Shown here in pieces: positions 61,405 through 64,000 of a stretch of DNA of 64,000 bases; the stretch's first letter is position 1; each line of letters begins with the position of its first letter. The DNA lies in contig CAYUOX010000052.1 of NCBI GenBank assembly GCA_964446575.1, positions 180 to 64,179 of the forward strand, written 5' to 3'. Below the pieces are notes generated by a model. The model was not told where the DNA came from and ran no database searches. It worked only from the letters and a program-made list of their open reading frames with translations. Origin of the DNA: an uncultured Anaerolineaceae bacterium (lineage in GTDB: Bacteria; Chloroflexota; Anaerolineae; Anaerolineales; DRMV01). The translations under genes and the position numbers were made by a program.

Positions 61405-62582
61405 GCTCGGTCCTCCAACACTTCCACCGCGGGCAGGGGCTCGCCGGCCAGCAACTTGAGCGTAGCCCCGCCGCCGGTGGAGATGTGGTCGATGCGGTCG
61501 GCCAGGCCGGACTGGTGCAGCGCGGCCACGGAATCACCGCCGCCGACCAGGGAGAAGCCGGGGCTTTCGGCCACCAAGCGGGCCACCGCGAAGGTGCCCT
61601 GGGCAAAGGGCGGCAATTCGAACACGCCCATGGGGCCGTTCCAGATGATGGACCCCGCGGTGCGAAGGTGCGGCGCGAAGCGTTCCACGGTCGCGGGGCC
61701 GATGTCCAGGGCCATCCAACCGTCGGGCACGCCCTCGGCCACGGTAACCCGCTGCGTGCGCGCGTCCGCGGCCAAGCGGTCCGCGACGATGAGATCCTCA
61801 GGCAGCACAATCTTGTCGCCGTAGGTCTCCAGCAGCGCGATGGCTGTCTCGCGCGCCTGAACTTCGACCAGGCTTTTCGCCATGCGGTAGCCTTGGGCGG
61901 CCAAGAAGGTGTTGGCCATGCCGCCGCCGATGAGCAGCCGGTCCGCCCGTGGCAGCAAGTTGTGCAGCACTTTGATCTTGTCGCTGATCTTCGCGCCGCC
62001 CAAGAGGGTGACCAACGGCCGGGCTGGGGCTTCTAAAAGGCGGGTGATGGTGTCTACCTCTTTGGCCAGGAGGAACCCGGCCACCGCGGGCAGGTAGCGC
62101 GCCACACCAACGGTGGACGCGTGCATCCGGTGGGCTGTGCCAAACGCGTCGTTGACGAAGATGTGGGCCAAGCCGGCCAAGCGCTGGGCAAAGTCGGGGT
62201 CATTGCGGGTTTCGCCAGGATCGAAGCGGGTGTTCTCGAGCAGCAGCACTTGGCCAGGACGCAGCGCGGCGGCCTTGGCTTGGGCGTCGGGCCCCGCGGG
62301 GTCGGTCGCGAACGCTACCTCGCGGCCCAGGAGCGCGGTCAACGGCTCTACGACTGGGCGCAGCGAAAACGCGGGGTCGGGTCGCCCCTTAGGCCGTCCC
62401 AAGTGGGAGGCCAACACCAAAGCCGCGCCGTGTTCCAGCAGGTAGTTCAGTGTCGGCAGGGTGGCGCGGATGCGCGTGTCGTCGGTCACATGGCCGTCTT
62501 GGATGGGCACGTTGAAGTCCACGCGCACCAGAACGGTGCGGCCGGCAACCGAAATGTCACGAACGGTTTTCTTGCGAAACAT
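61401..62582 (-). CDS. pgk: Phosphoglycerate kinase
   Basis: 'RVDFNVPIQDGHVTDDTRIRATLPTLNYLL', 'ASHLGRPKG' and 'STGGGA'. The start at 62582 gives 393 aa. Confidence 0.95.
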   Translation of the reverse strand: MFRKKTVRDISVAGRTVLVRVDFNVPIQDGHVTDDTRIRATLPTLNYLLEHGAALVLASHLGRPKGRPDPAFSLRPVVEPLTALLGREVAFATDPAGPDAQAKAAALRPGQVLLLENTRFDPGETRNDPDFAQRLAGLAHIFVNDAFGTAHRMHASTVGVARYLPAVAGFLLAKEVDTITRLLEAPARPLVTLLGGAKISDKIKVLHNLLPRADRLLIGGGMANTFLAAQGYRMAKSLVEVQARETAIALLETYGDKIVLPEDLIVADRLAADARTQRVTVAEGVPDGWMALDIGPATVERFAPHLRTAGSIIWNGPMGVFELPPFAQGTFAVARLVAESPGFSLVGGGDSVAALHQSGLADRIDHISTGGGATLKLLAGEPLPAVEVLEDRA

Positions 62583-62698
62583 GGCGCACTCTCCGGTGGG
62601 TGTCGAACCAGGCTCGGGCGGGTGTGGATGGAAATAGTATACCAGCCGCGCGTCCGCGCGCCGCGTGGGGTGGGGTGTGTGGTTCGCGCGGCCGTGCT

Positions 62699-63727
62699 TC
62701 ATGCCCGCAGCACGGCCGCGAACGCGTCGATGGCGGCCGCGATGTGTTCATCCTCGATGCCGTAGTGGGTGACCAAACGCAACCGCCGCGGTCCAACCGG
62801 GTGCACGCGCACGCCCTGGTGGGCCAACGCGCGAGCCAGTTGCGCCGCGGTGCGGGGTGGCTCCAGATCCACATACACCATATTGGTGTGCACGCGCGCC
62901 AGGTCCACGCGCAGGCCGGGCATGGTGGCCAAGGCCTCGGCCAAGCGTCGAGCGCGGGCGTGGTCATCGGCCAAGCGGTCGACCATTTGCGTCAGCGCGA
63001 CAATGCCCGCGGCCGCGATGATGCCGGCTTGGCGCATACCGCCGCCCAACACCTTACGCGCGCGCCGCGCTTCGGCGATGAAATCCGCGGGGCCCAGCAG
63101 CAGCGAGCCGATGGGCGCGCTGAGGCCTTTGCTCAGGCACACCATGACCGTGTCGGCCGTAGCGGCGATCTCGCGCGCGGGCACCCCCAGCGCGACCGCG
63201 GCGTTGAACAGCCGCGCGCCGTCCATGTGCACGCGCAAACCGTGGCGGTCGGCCCGTTCCCGCAGTGCGCGCAGGTAGGGCAAGCCCAGCGCGGCGCCAT
63301 AACGGCGGTTGTGGGTGTTTTCGATGGCAATTAAGCGGGTGCGGGGGAAGTGGATGTTCTCAGGGCGAATCGCGGCCTCAACCTCGTCCAAATCCAACGT
63401 GCCGTCGTCTTGATTGGTCACCACGCGCGGTTGCACGCCGGCCAGGGCGGCCATGCCGCCTTGCTCGTACAGGTACATATGGGCCAAATGTCCGACGATG
63501 ACCTCGTCGCCTCGGCCGCAGTGGGCCAGCACCGCGGCCAGATTCCCCTGGGTGCCCGAAGTCACCAACAGCGCGGCTTCCTTGCCCAGCATGGCCGCCG
63601 CCAGCGCTTCCAGACGGTTGACGGTGGGATCTTCGCCATAAACATCGTCGCCCACTTCGGCCTCATACATGGCGCGACGCATGGCGGGCGTTGGTTGCGT
63701 GACCGTATCACTGCGTAAATCGATCAT
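62699..63727 (-). CDS. ltaE: Low-specificity L-threonine aldolase
   Basis: '[19 protein letters not shown]...[15 protein letters not shown]' and '[10 protein letters not shown]' (PLP lysine). Confidence 0.9.
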   Translation of the reverse strand: MIDLRSDTVTQPTPAMRRAMYEAEVGDDVYGEDPTVNRLEALAAAMLGKEAALLVTSGTQGNLAAVLAHCGRGDEVIVGHLAHMYLYEQGGMAALAGVQPRVVTNQDDGTLDLDEVEAAIRPENIHFPRTRLIAIENTHNRRYGAALGLPYLRALRERADRHGLRVHMDGARLFNAAVALGVPAREIAATADTVMVCLSKGLSAPIGSLLLGPADFIAEARRARKVLGGGMRQAGIIAAAGIVALTQMVDRLADDHARARRLAEALATMPGLRVDLARVHTNMVYVDLEPPRTAAQLARALAHQGVRVHPVGPRRLRLVTHYGIEDEHIAAAIDAFAAVLRA

Positions 63728-64000
63728 CCTTCACCTCGATGATGGGGAAAGGCTGGGCGGGCGGCGGAGCGCAAGGCCGGATGTTGCATCAGCCACCGGA
63801 TGACCTGCCAAGTGCCCTCGCCGTAGCCGCTGCGTTGGGCCGCGGCCCGCATCGCGGCCAATGTGGGGTCGTGGGGCTGCGTCCAGCGGGCCACCAAACG
63901 CGCGGCACGCTCAGGATGGGGCTCGTAGACCCCCGCGCCCAACTGGGTCACAAACGCGGGATTGCGCGCCTCTTGGCCGGGCAAGTGGCCGGTGAGAATC
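63724..64000 (-). CDS. 3' end of an unidentified CDS continuing beyond the window
   Basis: The open frame runs off the right edge ('[36 protein letters not shown]...'). ATGA overlap with the ltaE start. Confidence 0.4.
   Translation of the reverse strand, partial: ILTGHLPGQEARNPAFVTQLGAGVYEPHPERAARLVARWTQPHDPTLAAMRAAAQRSGYGEGTWQVIRWLMQHPALRSAARPAFPHHRGEG

Noticed and set aside
1-64000. CRISPR arrays, rRNA and tRNA genes, transposases and prophage genes
   Set aside because: I saw no regularly spaced short repeats and no rRNA-like conserved blocks. No cloverleaf or T-loop (GGTTCGAnTCC) candidates appear in intergenic regions. No transposase, integrase or phage structural ORFs are present except the Xer-like gene.

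Overview
This is a high-GC, gene-dense bacterial chromosomal window. GC was judged by eye at roughly two-thirds; no exact value was computed. About 55 protein-coding genes are supported by recognisable families, SD-like sites and frequent ATGA start/stop overlaps. The gene content (a DUF2298 'YYY' membrane protein, CofG, several GT-C membrane glycosyltransferase-like proteins, Pro/Thr-rich lipoproteins) suggests a Chloroflexota-like organism; this is inference only. Housekeeping genes include ribE, glnA, ilvE, pheA, pgk, a gyrA-like gene, lspA, rluD, trmH, a PNP, adenine deaminase, ltaE, sppA and hsp20. I found no rRNA, tRNA or CRISPR array. The points most worth a second look are:
1. A dispersed ~0.2 kb intergenic repeat with terminal inverted repeats occurs three times. 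Each copy ends 11-13 bp from the -35 box of a near-consensus promoter.
2. A ~0.5 kb stem-rich leader or ncRNA lies upstream of glnA, with its own consensus promoter and an internal intrinsic terminator.
3. Two tandem paralogous STAND-like ATPases are present. One is fused through TPR repeats and a TM helix to an extracytoplasmic SUMF1-like domain that lacks the catalytic cysteines.
4. A tight operon links a PGM1-like ATP-grasp ligase to YqeB and YqeC-MocA accessory proteins, with no hydroxylase in the window.
5. A ~1.8 kb low-GC island carrying ribE abuts a decayed response-regulator gene.
6. A Xer-like recombinase appears to lack the catalytic Tyr.
7. A promoter-proximal terminator sits in the leader of an amino-acid permease.
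Many long ORFs in the track are antisense shadow ORFs typical of high-GC DNA, and I rejected them.
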